Shown one piece after another: positions 24,701 through 34,500 of a stretch of 64,000 nt of DNA. Position numbers and translations under genes: made by a program. Numbering within the stretch: position 1 is the stretch's first letter; every line of letters starts with the position of its first letter. The notes under the pieces were generated by a model. It had not been told where the DNA came from, did no database searches, and worked only from the letters and a program-made list of their open reading frames with translations. This DNA is from Tubiluchus corallicola (lineage: Eukaryota; Animalia; Priapulida): positions 992,001 through 1,056,000 of the forward strand of contig JAQGDQ010000020.1 of the NCBI GenBank assembly GCA_030141605.1, written 5' to 3'.

Positions 24701-27700
24701 ACTTTTGGTTAACTAGGCGGTTCCACTAATACAAGTTGTTGTATTAATGTGAACCAAAACAACGTTTATTTGTGCCATTTGGCATATTTTTTGAACACAG
24801 ATGCCTCCCCGATGGCGTCTCCGCTTGGCTCAGAGATATCTTTCGGGTTTCCATTTCGAACTCATCGAAGTTACTCGTGGCTGTGTTGTGGTAAGGGGAC
24901 CAGCGTGTGGTGACAGAGTGTTTAACAGAGATGAATTTGGGTTTTTTTAACCTGCCTAATAATGTACCCCTCGTTCTGCAGTTACTCCACACTTTTGTTT
25001 GGTGAAACTTGAACGAAGTGGGTTACAATGATAACTTACTTATGATTACATCGTGTTGTTGTAATCTAATTATGCCCGTAAAATTAGCATGTATGATGTA
25101 TCACGTGTGAGCTATCAGAGCTAAGTGAGTCTCTGCTTTGTAAGCATGATCTGTCTAATATAACTAGTTTTCTTTTATGCTTTGCCTAGTGAGGATAGGG
25201 TACTGCTATAAATGGCTTAGTGGATCCGTGAGAAGTGTGTTTGTGTGGGAGAAAGGGGAAACCTTTGATTTGCTTTCCATTAACACAGCTTGAGCACTGG
25301 ATTATTTTGCTGTGTTTTAACACATTTTTTTCCAAGCAATTGTCAGCTGTTATCAAAGGTTGTCAGGTTTTGCATTTCAGCAGCTTTCGATCGGTGGTGC
25401 TAGATTTACCCTACATAATTATGCAACGGGTTGAGTTTTACATTTGTTTACAAGTTGGTAACTGGTCGTAAGTCATGGGAGCATAGTTTACAAGATAAGC
25501 TTGGTTTTTGCATTGAGGTTCTTTTTGCTTCTTACTCTAATCGTGTGTTCAATACAGTCATGTACTCCCGTGATTATGGAGGCAACTTGTTTTTCGAAAG
25601 TTTTTTTTTAGTTTATCGAGAAGCAGTCATCAGTCATCCTAACTGCTCATGTCATCAATGTCACTCAACTAATTGGATAAACATTTATACCATCATACAT
25701 TTATGCCTTAATTGTTTGTATATTAATTAGTTATGTCTTACCTTTCGAAGTTTTAATCACTTTATAAAAATTCTGGCACCAAATTGATTAATCAAACTCA
25801 TTTATGTAACTGAACACTCTCTACTTTTTCCTACGATCATAGCATGTTCTGTGATTGACCCATGTTGATCAGTAATCTATATTAAGAAGAGAAACGGTCC
25901 CATCATTGATCCTTGTGGGAATCCGTGTATCCTCCTGAATTTAACTGTATCATAAATTTGAACTAAATCTAATGTATATTAAGAAGAGAAACGGTCCCAA
26001 CACTGATCCTTGTGGGAATCCACGTATCCACCTGAATTTAACTGTATCATAAATTTTAAACTAAATGTAATGTATATTAAGAAGAGAAATGGCCCCCAAC
26101 ACTGATCCTTGAGGGAATCCACTTGTTATTGTGAATTTTTCTAGATCATAAATAGTACACAAATATACATTTAAATTTTTATGTTATTTAACATTTAAAT
26201 CAACATTTATCAACATTTAAATTTATATGTTATTATTGGTTTTATTTTCTGTAATTAGCATGTTTATTAGCAGCCGTGTTGATGTTTTTAACATCTATTA
26301 ATTATTGCTGCTGTGGAATTTAATACTACTAACTCATTGGTTTATGAACTAGTATCCGAAAATCTCACAATGCTTCTATACTGATGCTTATCAGTATGTT
26401 GATGCTTAGATTAAGCTTTTGATATCTGCCACTTATCAATAAAATAATTTTTCTCATATTCTTGCAAGAAATTCGCCACTATAATTAGCATCATTGAAAT
26501 TTTTTTGTCATTTCTTAAATTGTGTATTTTTCTTAAATTCTAGTTATTCTATATTAGCAATATAACTTTATGGGCAAATTACCTAAAATCTAGTTGGCTT
26601 CCTTTCTTAAAAAAACGGTAAACTTCTGTTCAAAATAAGACATAACTGTTCTAAGACCTCGCATAAATGCTATGGTCCATATGTGAAAATAATAAATTAA
26701 AGGATATTATTGTCATTACAGGTACTATCACATCAAATGCCGGCACACTTTTTAGTACGAAAGTTATAAGTGGATCGTCTAGTGCACCGGATCTCTCAAT
26801 ACTGGAGCGTGGTCCTGATAGTAAGTGATCCACTTTTCCCGCAAAAGACTTGCTCGAGCATTTTTTGAATATAACGAAATTATTATTGTGTCCAAGGAAA
26901 GAACAGACTTTTCCCTGCCTGAGCTGTTCTTAATCTATGACTTGTTTGGGTGAATGTTGCACGTTCAAATCAAATTCAAACCAGCTTTTTAGCTTAAATT
27001 CAATTCGAACCTAAAATTATGAATTCGAATGATTATGCGCTTTGACTACATATGTTCTTTGTCATTAAAATTTTTGAAACATCGTGCAGTCAACACAGTT
27101 CAGCTGCAATTTCTGTGCACAATTTTTAAACAAATTATTCGTGTTTTTACTGCAGAACAAGTGAAGTGATATACATGATCTTTGTAAAACTGTTTTTATT
27201 AATGAATCGAAGATCTATTCAAAAATCATAAAACTGAATTCAAATTCGATTTGGATTCCAAATCTGGAAAATCGGTTTGGTTCGAGTTCAAAAGTCAAAT
27301 TCAATTTGATACTAATTTATTGTCTGGTAGAGAACACTCACCCCTAATTAGTGGACAGTAAAATATTATATTGACCTGCCTTCGCAATTTCGCTCTGAAC
27401 TGACGCCATCTACCGAACATTTTATTAAACATTTGTGAATGGCGTTAAAAATGTAAACATTTCCATGATAGATAAACTGCAAGTGCCATGTTTGCTTTTT
27501 TTGACAAATTTTCTAATCGTACGGTGAATGCAACGTCATTTTATGGATGTCTGCTTAGAACGTTGGTTATGCTTTATATTTACTCTGCTTTTTTCCTCTA
27601 GCTATTGATCCAAAGGCCGGTGTACCTGCCATTCGACCACTAGAGACGCTACACAACGCCCTCTCGATGAAACAAGTTGATTCATTCATGGAGCGAGTGA

Positions 27701-29228
27701 TCGTCTCAGCCACACAGAGGACTGCTTCGTGTCAGTCCTTCACTTCTCCTCCGGGAAACGGTAAAATGTTTGCAGCCATCTCGCCGTCGATGACACCTGC
27801 AGGAGGTGTGTGTCTTTTTTTTATGTTTATTAATCTAATTAAAGCCATTTAGTATCATGACATGGGACTATATTTTTATTTATTATTTAAGAAGCTATAG
27901 TTTACATTAAAGTTCACTTATATATAGCTTAAAAAATTGGTCTTGAAATTTTATGCAGCTCATGTGCTGTCTTATTACATACAGGGCTTGCATTAGCAGT
28001 AACAATGTATAAAAGTCATCTGAAAAAAGTTTAGATAACATTATGTAAAGTTTGAAAAAATAGTCACAGCATTCGTAGCATACACTTCACCAACTAAACA
28101 AAATTTTAAATTACTGTGTCTTGTCGGTAAGGCTAAAAGTAATAGAGCTTTGCACGGGAACTTTTTGAGACTTGGTTTAACATTGCCTTTTCTTCCCCTG
28201 ATTTACGTTATCCTTAATTGATGTTATGTGTAATGATGCGGTCGGAACAGTATCGTGGGAGATTTAAAATAAAAACAAGCAAAAATTACTTTTAACGTGA
28301 ATGCGGTACACCATTAAAATTGCTATAAACGAAGATACAATTTTTTACGGGGCGACTTCTCTGAAACCTACTTCAGGAACCTCTTTTCTTGTTCTTTAAG
28401 TGAAATGAAGTAGATTGATCTGTTACGCATAAACATTGATATTTGCAATTAGTGATCTTAACGGGTTAGTGTTATCAGTATCATCAATTTCAGTAAAATA
28501 CTATCACTGTATTTCCTCTCACACAAGTAACTAAAAACAACAGAGCAGGATTGTGGTCTCGATTTTTAATAGCCATTAGCTAATGATTTGAGAATAAATA
28601 AGTGTTACTACTGCTAATACCATCTAGACAAGTAGGCAGTCAGATAAACAAAAACTTTTTAAGCTTGGACAATCCTCCAAAAAAAACAAATAATCCACTA
28701 GCACAATTAAAAAAAGATCAAACTTCCTTAGATCCATGTTAGCTTACTAATGACCAAATGTTTGTAAATTGAACAATTTGTCAACGTGGCAATAATGCCA
28801 ACTAATAAGACATGGAATTAGATTATAATAGTATCGTGATTTTGTATTTTTGTTTATATTATGAAGAGAGATTTTGCTAGATCAAAGCAACAATGTGAGA
28901 GTTGCATGTCACAGTTGTGACAGCAAGTATGTAGGCCTGACTACTAGGCAACTCCTATGTAGAATAGTTAAACATTTGACTGAAAAAGCTAATTTCAAAG
29001 TGTAAATTTATGCCATTTTTAAACACTGTTTCAAAGTTTTTAAGCAAAAAACTGGGTCATAAAAAAGATACTATGAAATCATTTCCATCTCTTTTAGGTG
29101 CAAGTGGATTTTCTAGTGCTGGAGCTTCTAGTCCAGGTGGTCTCCACAAAGAGTACAATCCGTCAGACTTCATGAGCAAACTTTCTGAACTCATGGATGC
29201 CGGTGGGCCGTCTCGCCCAACCAGCTAG
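612..29228 (+). CDS. PPIP5K: PPIP5K/VIP1 inositol hexakisphosphate and diphosphoinositol-pentakisphosphate kinase, 3' portion (5' exons lie upstream of the window)
   Basis: Phase-consistent GT-AG exons: 612-797, 2265-2400, 3378-3490, 9787-9871, 10647-10788, 12248-12347, 12977-13103, 14367-14485, 15714-15840, 16550-16891, 17766-17838, (18787-18816), 18931-19056, 23381-23476, (24801-24890), 26722-26820, 27602-27805, 29098-29228. Family motifs: [93 protein letters not shown]. Confidence 0.97.
952..1453. repeat. Minisatellite, ~34-bp unit (TGAAAATTTGTCTGCTTTTGATGAAGTAGAACAA), ~15 copies, intronic
   Basis: Tandem units visible directly; explains the three repetitive minus-strand ORFs at 841-1508. 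Confidence 0.95.
2098..2182. repeat. About 3 copies of a ~30-bp tandem unit (CTATAACAATGTACATTATGCATC...)
   Basis: Direct reading. Confidence 0.7.
2265..2400 (+). CDS. PPIP5K: PPIP5K exon (FVYPGGQG...QMTAAAFAK)
   Basis: tttag acceptor, GT at 2401; conserved [22 protein letters not shown]. Confidence 0.95.
2954..3092. repeat. Compound (CTGC/CTGT/CTCC)n tetranucleotide microsatellite
   Basis: Direct reading; source of the spurious RQAG/LPAC ORFs. Confidence 0.95.
3378..3490 (+). CDS. PPIP5K: PPIP5K exon ([27 protein letters not shown]...)
   Basis: ttttccag acceptor, gtgagt donor; conserved motif. Confidence 0.95.
6809..7201. mobile_element. MITE, PIF/Harbinger(Tourist)-like, copy 1
   Basis: Shares GTGTGAACTGCTTTGCGAGTTAC, GAGTAACTCGCAG and other blocks with 63391-63717; its right end AGAAAACTCGCTAGTCTGACCCTGCC is the near reverse complement of the left end of copy 2; followed by TTA. 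Confidence 0.7.
8845..9229. mobile_element. Non-autonomous Tc1/mariner-type element
   Basis: TA|CAGGGTGGTCCAGAAAAACG ... CGTGTTTTCTGCACAGCCCTG|TA: imperfect TIRs with TA target duplication. Confidence 0.7.
9787..9871 (+). CDS. PPIP5K: PPIP5K exon ([28 protein letters not shown]), not in the ORF track
   Basis: ttttacag acceptor, gtaatg donor; phase 2 to 0 bridges the neighbouring exons. Confidence 0.85.
10647..10788 (+). CDS. PPIP5K: PPIP5K exon ([27 protein letters not shown]...)
   Basis: ttcacag acceptor, gtacgt donor; NPVKxCxKV motif. Confidence 0.9.
12248..12347 (+). CDS. PPIP5K: PPIP5K exon ([24 protein letters not shown]...)
   Basis: tttttag acceptor, gtaaga donor; conserved motif. 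Confidence 0.95.
12977..13103 (+). CDS. PPIP5K: PPIP5K exon ([13 protein letters not shown]...ALADIVIPQ)
   Basis: tttgcag acceptor, gtaagt donor; conserved motif. Confidence 0.95.
13700..13910 (-). mobile_element. 5'-truncated tRNA-derived SINE, MetaSINE-like core
   Basis: Minus strand reads B-box-like GTTCGATAC, then GGGTCATACCAAAGACTTTAAAAATGATAC, and ends in AATAAAG(ATT)n; resemblance to the Meta-domain SINE core is from memory. Confidence 0.55.
14367..14485 (+). CDS. PPIP5K: PPIP5K exon ([28 protein letters not shown]...)
   Basis: tttcag acceptor, gtatga donor; conserved motif. Confidence 0.95.
15714..15840 (+). CDS. PPIP5K: PPIP5K exon ([32 protein letters not shown]...)
   Basis: tttgcag acceptor, gtgagt donor; conserved motif. 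Confidence 0.95.
16550..16891 (+). CDS. PPIP5K: PPIP5K exon (end of phosphatase-like domain, [15 protein letters not shown]...[11 protein letters not shown])
   Basis: tttcacag acceptor, gtaagc donor; 342 nt, phase 0-0. Confidence 0.93.
17766..17838 (+). CDS. PPIP5K: PPIP5K C-terminal region exon ([24 protein letters not shown])
   Basis: tttgtag acceptor, gtatgt donor; open, phase 0 to 1 as required. Confidence 0.75.
18267..18690. mobile_element. hAT (Charlie-like) MITE
   Basis: 14-bp perfect inverted termini AGTGGTTCTCAAAC / GTTTGAGAACCACT; 8-bp TSD not recognisable. Confidence 0.65.
18787..18816 (+). CDS. PPIP5K: Candidate 30-nt PPIP5K cassette micro-exon ([10 protein letters not shown])
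   Basis: cgtag acceptor with weak pyrimidine tract, CAG/gtaaaa donor; frame-preserving phase 1-1; TGCATG on both sides. Confidence 0.4.
18931..19056 (+). CDS. PPIP5K: PPIP5K C-terminal region exon ([10 protein letters not shown]...[10 protein letters not shown]...)
   Basis: ctatag acceptor, gttagt donor; 126 nt, phase 1-1, S/P-rich open frame. Confidence 0.75.
19623..22289 (+). mobile_element. RTE-clade non-LTR retrotransposon, 5'-truncated, APE endonuclease plus reverse transcriptase, two frameshifts
   Basis: APE motifs (YAPT, GDMNA, NEIDYI, GSDH), RT motifs ([23 protein letters not shown]), RTE-type C-terminus [12 protein letters not shown]; (CTAAGGT)n tail; TSD GTGCTGGGATTA at 19611-19622 and 22290-22301; frameshifts near 20510 and 20955. 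Confidence 0.95.
22562..22946. mobile_element. Non-autonomous TIR element (MITE), superfamily unassigned
   Basis: TIR AATAAGCCTTTTCACAGTT / AACTGTGAAAAGGCTTGTT (18/19 match) plus subterminal IR GGTCAAAGGTTAAGTGTACC / GGTACATTTAACCTCTGACC. Confidence 0.75.
23381..23476 (+). CDS. PPIP5K: PPIP5K C-terminal region exon ([18 protein letters not shown]...)
   Basis: ttttctag acceptor, gtgtgt donor; 96 nt, phase 1-1; an in-frame alternative acceptor lies 6 nt downstream. Confidence 0.7.
24801..24890 (+). CDS. PPIP5K: Candidate PPIP5K cassette exon ([30 protein letters not shown])
   Basis: acacag acceptor, G/gtaagg donor; 90 nt, phase 1-1, open; GC-richer island in an AT-rich intron. Confidence 0.55.
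25560..26650 (-). mobile_element. Heavily decayed LINE RT fragment with a tandemly triplicated ~98-bp segment
   Basis: Minus strand gives [20 protein letters not shown] motif (RT GxPQGS box) at about 25878, 25975 and 26073; KKG and YR-like remnants near 26370-26620; outer limits approximate. Confidence 0.6.
26722..26820 (+). CDS. PPIP5K: PPIP5K exon ([25 protein letters not shown]...)
   Basis: ttacag acceptor, gtaagt donor; matches the LFSTxVxxGSSSAPxL motif recalled from PPIP5K tails. Confidence 0.88.
26946..27346. mobile_element. Putative hAT-type MITE with TTCGAA-like subterminal motifs
   Basis: Degenerate termini TTGGGTGAATGTT / AACACTCACCCCTA; repeated TTCGAA/TTCAAA motifs near both ends. 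Confidence 0.4.
27602..27805 (+). CDS. PPIP5K: PPIP5K exon (...[25 protein letters not shown]...)
   Basis: cctctag acceptor; conserved [10 protein letters not shown]; donor at 27806, or an in-phase alternative at 27761. Confidence 0.88.
28700..29000 (+). mobile_element. Penelope-like element fragment (GIY-YIG endonuclease remnant)
   Basis: About 28886-28981 translates [31 protein letters not shown], matching the PLE pattern CxxC-YxGxTxRxLxxRxxxH; limits approximate. Confidence 0.6.
29098..29228 (+). CDS. PPIP5K: PPIP5K terminal coding exon (GASGFSSAG...PSRPTS*)
   Basis: cttttag acceptor, phase 1, TAG at 29226-29228. Confidence 0.75.
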
Positions 29229-30994
29229 TAGTAGTTTCTGTCTCCGGATGAACCTCAATACAATAAACCAAAGATTCTCAGCTTTGGACAAGTCTCATTT
29301 GTGATATTTAACGAGTGTTTGTCTAGTTAAGTCCCACAAGTTTTTAAGCTTTCTTATTGTTTCCTTATTGCTGTCTTTAAGCTAAATGCACTTCTGACTT
29401 GTTCCACTGACAGAATAATTCTTGTTTTTAGTACATTAGGTTGCCATCATCAAATGTAAAAATTGCCTTTTAGAAGTTAAAAATTTCACATAGTAAATTA
29501 TTAGGAAAAAACTACTTAATTTTATAGTTTTCCGTGTCATCTTTGACTTCTAAAACTCAAAACAACTCGCGTCTCCTGTAACAGATAATATTTGCAGATC
29601 TTGTGAAAACTTTCTGGATGTAAGAAAAGTTTGACTAGCAATAGAGATAGACTAAAGTGTTTACTGTACACACTTTTAGCAAGGCCCATAGACAGCACAG
29701 AAAACTTTTTCGTAGTGGTTTATCTTGTAAATCATTTCCCCCTAATTTCAAACTTCAATAAAGTTCCATTTAAAATTTAAAATTGAATGCATCTTTTCTT
29801 GTGCATTTTTTTACAGGAAAATAGAATGAAAGATCAGTGTTAGAAGCATAGAACTTGTTTTGAGGTGCTGTTCTAATGCATTATTTGTAATCTGCCCAAT
29901 GGGTGTAAAACCCTTACATAAACGTGTTAATGGCATAATCTAAAACTACTTAGAAAGTAGAGAACTGGGGGGGGGGTGTATAGGTGTGCCAATTTGAGGA
30001 TTAACGGGTAGTTGTATAGCTGGGAACAGTTTCAGAAATTAGAATAATTTGGCAGTGTAGCATATTTCATTGTGACGACTGTAAGTTATGACAGTTGAGA
30101 ACAGTTGGTACTACTGTGCACTACAGTTTACCGTGCTTCTACTGTACTAAAACTACTGTGCTTCTGACAAATCCTGCTGTTATAGATATAGAAGTAGATT
30201 GGTGACCACCTTTTTGTCTAGTGTTGTGATAAGTTATTGTGATATGTTTTAAACTAGTTCGTGTTTTGATTAATTAGTTTGACATTTAGCATGTAAATGA
30301 ATGAATGCGATTGCAGTGCACAACATTGCTTTAGCAATCATTAGCTAAACATTTTGTTCTTAACATTTGGATTATAGTAATGTAGAAACCGTTTGCATTA
30401 TAAATGTTAATGTGTGCATCCAGTGTCGTGACACTGAATTATTGCTAGTCTAGACGCGTGCGTCCATTGTCCTGACACAGAGTTATAGCTAGTCTAGATA
30501 TGTTGGTCAAGTTTAGCGTGTAGACAATTAAGTTTTTTCGAGTCAGTGTAATGGCTTTTGGTTATACATTGCTTACGTTGTCGTTCAAATTGGATATTGA
30601 TTTTAGTCAAGCAGCACAATAATGATTTTACCCAAACAGTACACTAAAATGCACCTGCTGGACTAGTGTTGTTAAACTTAGTATTCAGTGAATTAAATGA
30701 ACTCTGAGTTAACGTACATGTACAAGTGTTTATAAGTAACGCACATACGAGTAAAAGCCATCTGACGAAACTTCAGTTTCCATATTTCACACTTGCAGTT
30801 AATCTTAATAACAGAGTTAAACGCGAAATTTGAAGTGCGTCTATTGTGAAGACTAGGTTACTCATTTTTCCCTGATGGGATTTCTCCCCCTGATGACTCT
30901 ACTTATGTGTTCTGTACGGCTATGTGGTTTTTTACTGTTAATATTCTTTCATGTTTTTTTTTGTTTACTTGTGCAGTTATCTTTATTTGAATTA

Positions 30995-31195
30995 CAGTCG
31001 CACCTCTTTATACTGCCTACTTTGAGACTGTGAAAAAAGTTGGCGTTAAGCCACTTTGGCATTATAATGAGGCGCATTCATACATGTCAATGCAAATACA
31101 GACGTTTTGCCTTGTCAAAAATTTACTAAGCGAGATTGGCGTAAAAATAACCTTGTAATCCATCATTAAGTCCGGATTAGCGCGACTTTACCTAC
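30995..31195. mobile_element. Possible pogo/Tigger-like MITE remnant in the PPIP5K 3' UTR region
   Basis: TA|CAGTCGCACCTC start and CCGGATTAGCGCGACTTTACCTA end resemble TA-flanked CAGT-type termini; match is degenerate. Confidence 0.3.
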
Positions 31196-31551
31196 TTATG
31201 GGGAATATTTGTTTGAAACAAAATGTTCTTGCAAATTGTGAATTTCAGCTTTACTTCCAACTGTTTGAGCATTTCTGCATGATTACTTGTTTTCTCTGCA
31301 TCTACAATCCTTTTCATGTATTGCAACACATATTTGTTAACTTAACGAGTTTTTCAAGTTACGCACAATTGTTAGTATTGTCATGTTGTTGCAGTGTTCT
31401 AATGCAGTAATACAAAGTAGATAAAGTAGGTAGAGAGTGCATGTATACTTCTTGCACATGATGTACAGTATTTATTATTGTAAATACAGAAATTTTATGT
31501 TCTCTCATTGTAATTTGTAAATGTGTTTGTTCAAAGAATGTTTGTGCCAAA

Positions 31552-31557
31552 AATAAA
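31552..31557 (+). promoter_or_regulatory. Candidate distal poly(A) signal of PPIP5K
   Basis: AATAAA at the end of a T/G-rich 3'UTR-like stretch; alternatives at 29262 and 29757. Confidence 0.4.
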
Positions 31558-34500
31558 AAGGTTTTCTTCAACACGAGTAGCATTCATGCGTAATTATGAT
31601 TTTATTACGAATTTACCATTCAAGCTTTCAAGTTTTTAAACAAACCTTATTAGTAGCTCAGTGTTGCAGTAGAATGTGTTACAAGATAATTAACGTTGTT
31701 CTATATAATAATTTAACTGTTATTATACACAACAATACCAGAATATGATACTTGCGTTATTCTTGTTAATCAAAGTTAGCTAAAAATGTGTTAAAGATGC
31801 TGAACAACAAATTGGCAGCAAAGGTTGTTGGGTTTGTACCCCAACAGTTCCTAGTTCAAACACAATGTGTTGCCACAGTTTATTCCAGATATTTTTATCA
31901 CATTTTGATAAACTTAGCTCTTTCACATTAGCTGATTTTCACAATGCGTAATACTGAAAGCACAATCTTGAAAAAGATCATATTTCTCAAATGGAAAATT
32001 ATATCTGAGCAACTACTAGTCCTAAGCTTTTTTTACAAGTTCATCTTGCTAAATAAATTTAGACACTTACATAAGAGGTTGAGAAGACACAAAACAAAGG
32101 TAAACATCTAGAAGAACTGGCAAAAACCCAGCAGAAAGCTGTGACAATTTCAAAAAAATGCACCAATTCTTGAGGCCATTTTGAAACTGAAATGGAAGAT
32201 GTTCCACATCAAACTTATGGAAAAACACTGGACTTGATACATGTGTTGCTAGTATTGTATACCTTTCAGCACTAGACATTGCACAACAATATAATTCTGG
32301 CATGCAATCGAATCTAAGATTAATTGTAAATAAACAATTGCTGAGATCAGCTAACAAACTATCAGCAAAAATTAACAAATAAACATTAATAATATTAATA
32401 AAATTTAGCTGCATTTAAACGACTACATGCAAAGAAAATATAATAAACATTGAAAAAGCTGCTAATGTACAAATCACGACATCGCGTATGCGATAGTATA
32501 TACATAATATATAAACAAAATGTACAATACACAGATACACGCATATATACATATAGCTACAAACTTATTTCACATTAATAGCATATTATATAAAACATTC
32601 AAAACAGGAACAATAACATTAAAGCCAGTAACTGATTAGCAGGACTCTTACGTTAATTATAAACTAGTCAAACACTGCAAAAAATTCTGTACCAAGTGAA
32701 AACTGTGTGAAATGATAAAAGTCATTAGACCCGTATACTAACCAATAAGGCGCTAGCTAAAAAAATGTGAAACCCAAACTTGGATTTGAGCCTGTATGGG
32801 TTGCACGGATATGAATTAATCCACTAACTGTTTTTGTAGTGTGTGTGAGTGGGTATTAATTTTTTTCAATACTTATACAGAGGAATCTGGAGTGATGCTT
32901 TACTGACAATTCTGTATATTTAGATAAATATGTTTGTAGAAAAAAACTTGCATGGCTGTAGTGTGCAGGATTTGAAGCAAAGCGAATGGAATTCAACTTC
33001 GAATTACACGATCAGTATTCTCGCTGAAAAAAAGATAGTAGATGTTATACAGTTCATTCTCTCTAAGAACCTTCTCCAAGATCCCCACAAGCATCTCCAC
33101 ATTGGTTTCCGTACATGGTGTTTGGTGAAAAGTTCGAACAAATCCGATGGGTGATCTAGAAAAAAACTTATTGCGGGGGCCGGATGGACCATTCAAGAAG
33201 CCAAACGTTCTCTATTACACCCTACATTGAAAGCTCTTTCCGATGATATATAGCACACCAACTGTCGAAAATACAGCACCCTATCTCTAAAAATCCTGTT
33301 CTTCAAATCTTAGATTACATATTTTGCAAAAATGCATAAAAAAGGAAATTTTTGGCGCTCTTTCACCCCTCGTTCCTCAAGGACGCCCGGATGAAAAAAT
33401 GACCTCACTATATGCCCCCATGGTTCATTTCATATATAATTTTTCACAAATGGTTCAGTATTTGTGCAAAAAATGGCACATTATATAAATGAATCATTTC
33501 ATAATAAAAATATACCAGGAGAATTAACAATATTGGATTAATGTACCTAAACTGACAAAAAATTGCACAAAAATGTGGTCACAACAACATATAGCTTAAA
33601 ACAATTCAATATGTGTGATTTTACATCAGTGCTCAAATGAAAAGATGAAATGGCCACTGATTTTTAACACTGACTACTTGATATACATAATACAGCAACC
33701 TAATATACATAATTGCTGTCTTGTAAAACGAAATGTTACTAACCTGGTCTGAACGAGAATGAAAGTATTGCTCATTTCTACTTAACCAAAATTTTACATC
33801 TTAGTTAAATGTGCGAATAATAGCTTTTCATCACAACGAGATTCACACATTTGTCAGCTAGTATCACACCCAACATTCAAAGAACGTAGGCCAGAAAACG
33901 TAGCTTTTAGTGAATAACAGACAACATTTTAGACCAACAAAGTCTAAACTAGCAACGTCTAATTAGAATATCAGAAAAACAATTGCATCAAAGCACATAA
34001 TAAGATCTTTTGGACTAATGAGCACAGATTCATAGTCAACTAAAAACATGCATTAAATACTTTTTTGTTTTTGTGACAAACAAACTATTATGGACAATTT
34101 CCTGTCCGAAATAAAATCAAAGTGACAATGAAATTGTTCATGCCGTGTACTTCGCTACAAATTTATGCAGCATTTGGCCCGGTTAGTAAGTGGATAAGTG
34201 ACAGCCGAGAACTTCTCGCCATTTCTTTCACTGAGAGCGTTTACAGGGTCATGCATACCATAGCAAACATGGTTAAAAACTGGTTTTCCGTTTCAGCTAA
34301 GCGGATCATCTTTGCCACTGTGGACACTACCTATCCTGTCACAACCAAAAACCTTAGCCGTATGATGATCATTGAGTAGATTCATGCATGTAGTGTGTTG
34401 GAAGTATCGAGTTCTTGGAAATCTTTGCAATATTGGCAGAAATGCCGAGATCAATAAACAAAGAATGCTGGAGTGATCATGAAAATGATCCCACGAAAAA

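Noticed and set aside
33040-33430. GC-richer block with short ORFs
   Set aside because: No coherent protein or splice structure; looks like a non-autonomous DNA element remnant but termini were not found.
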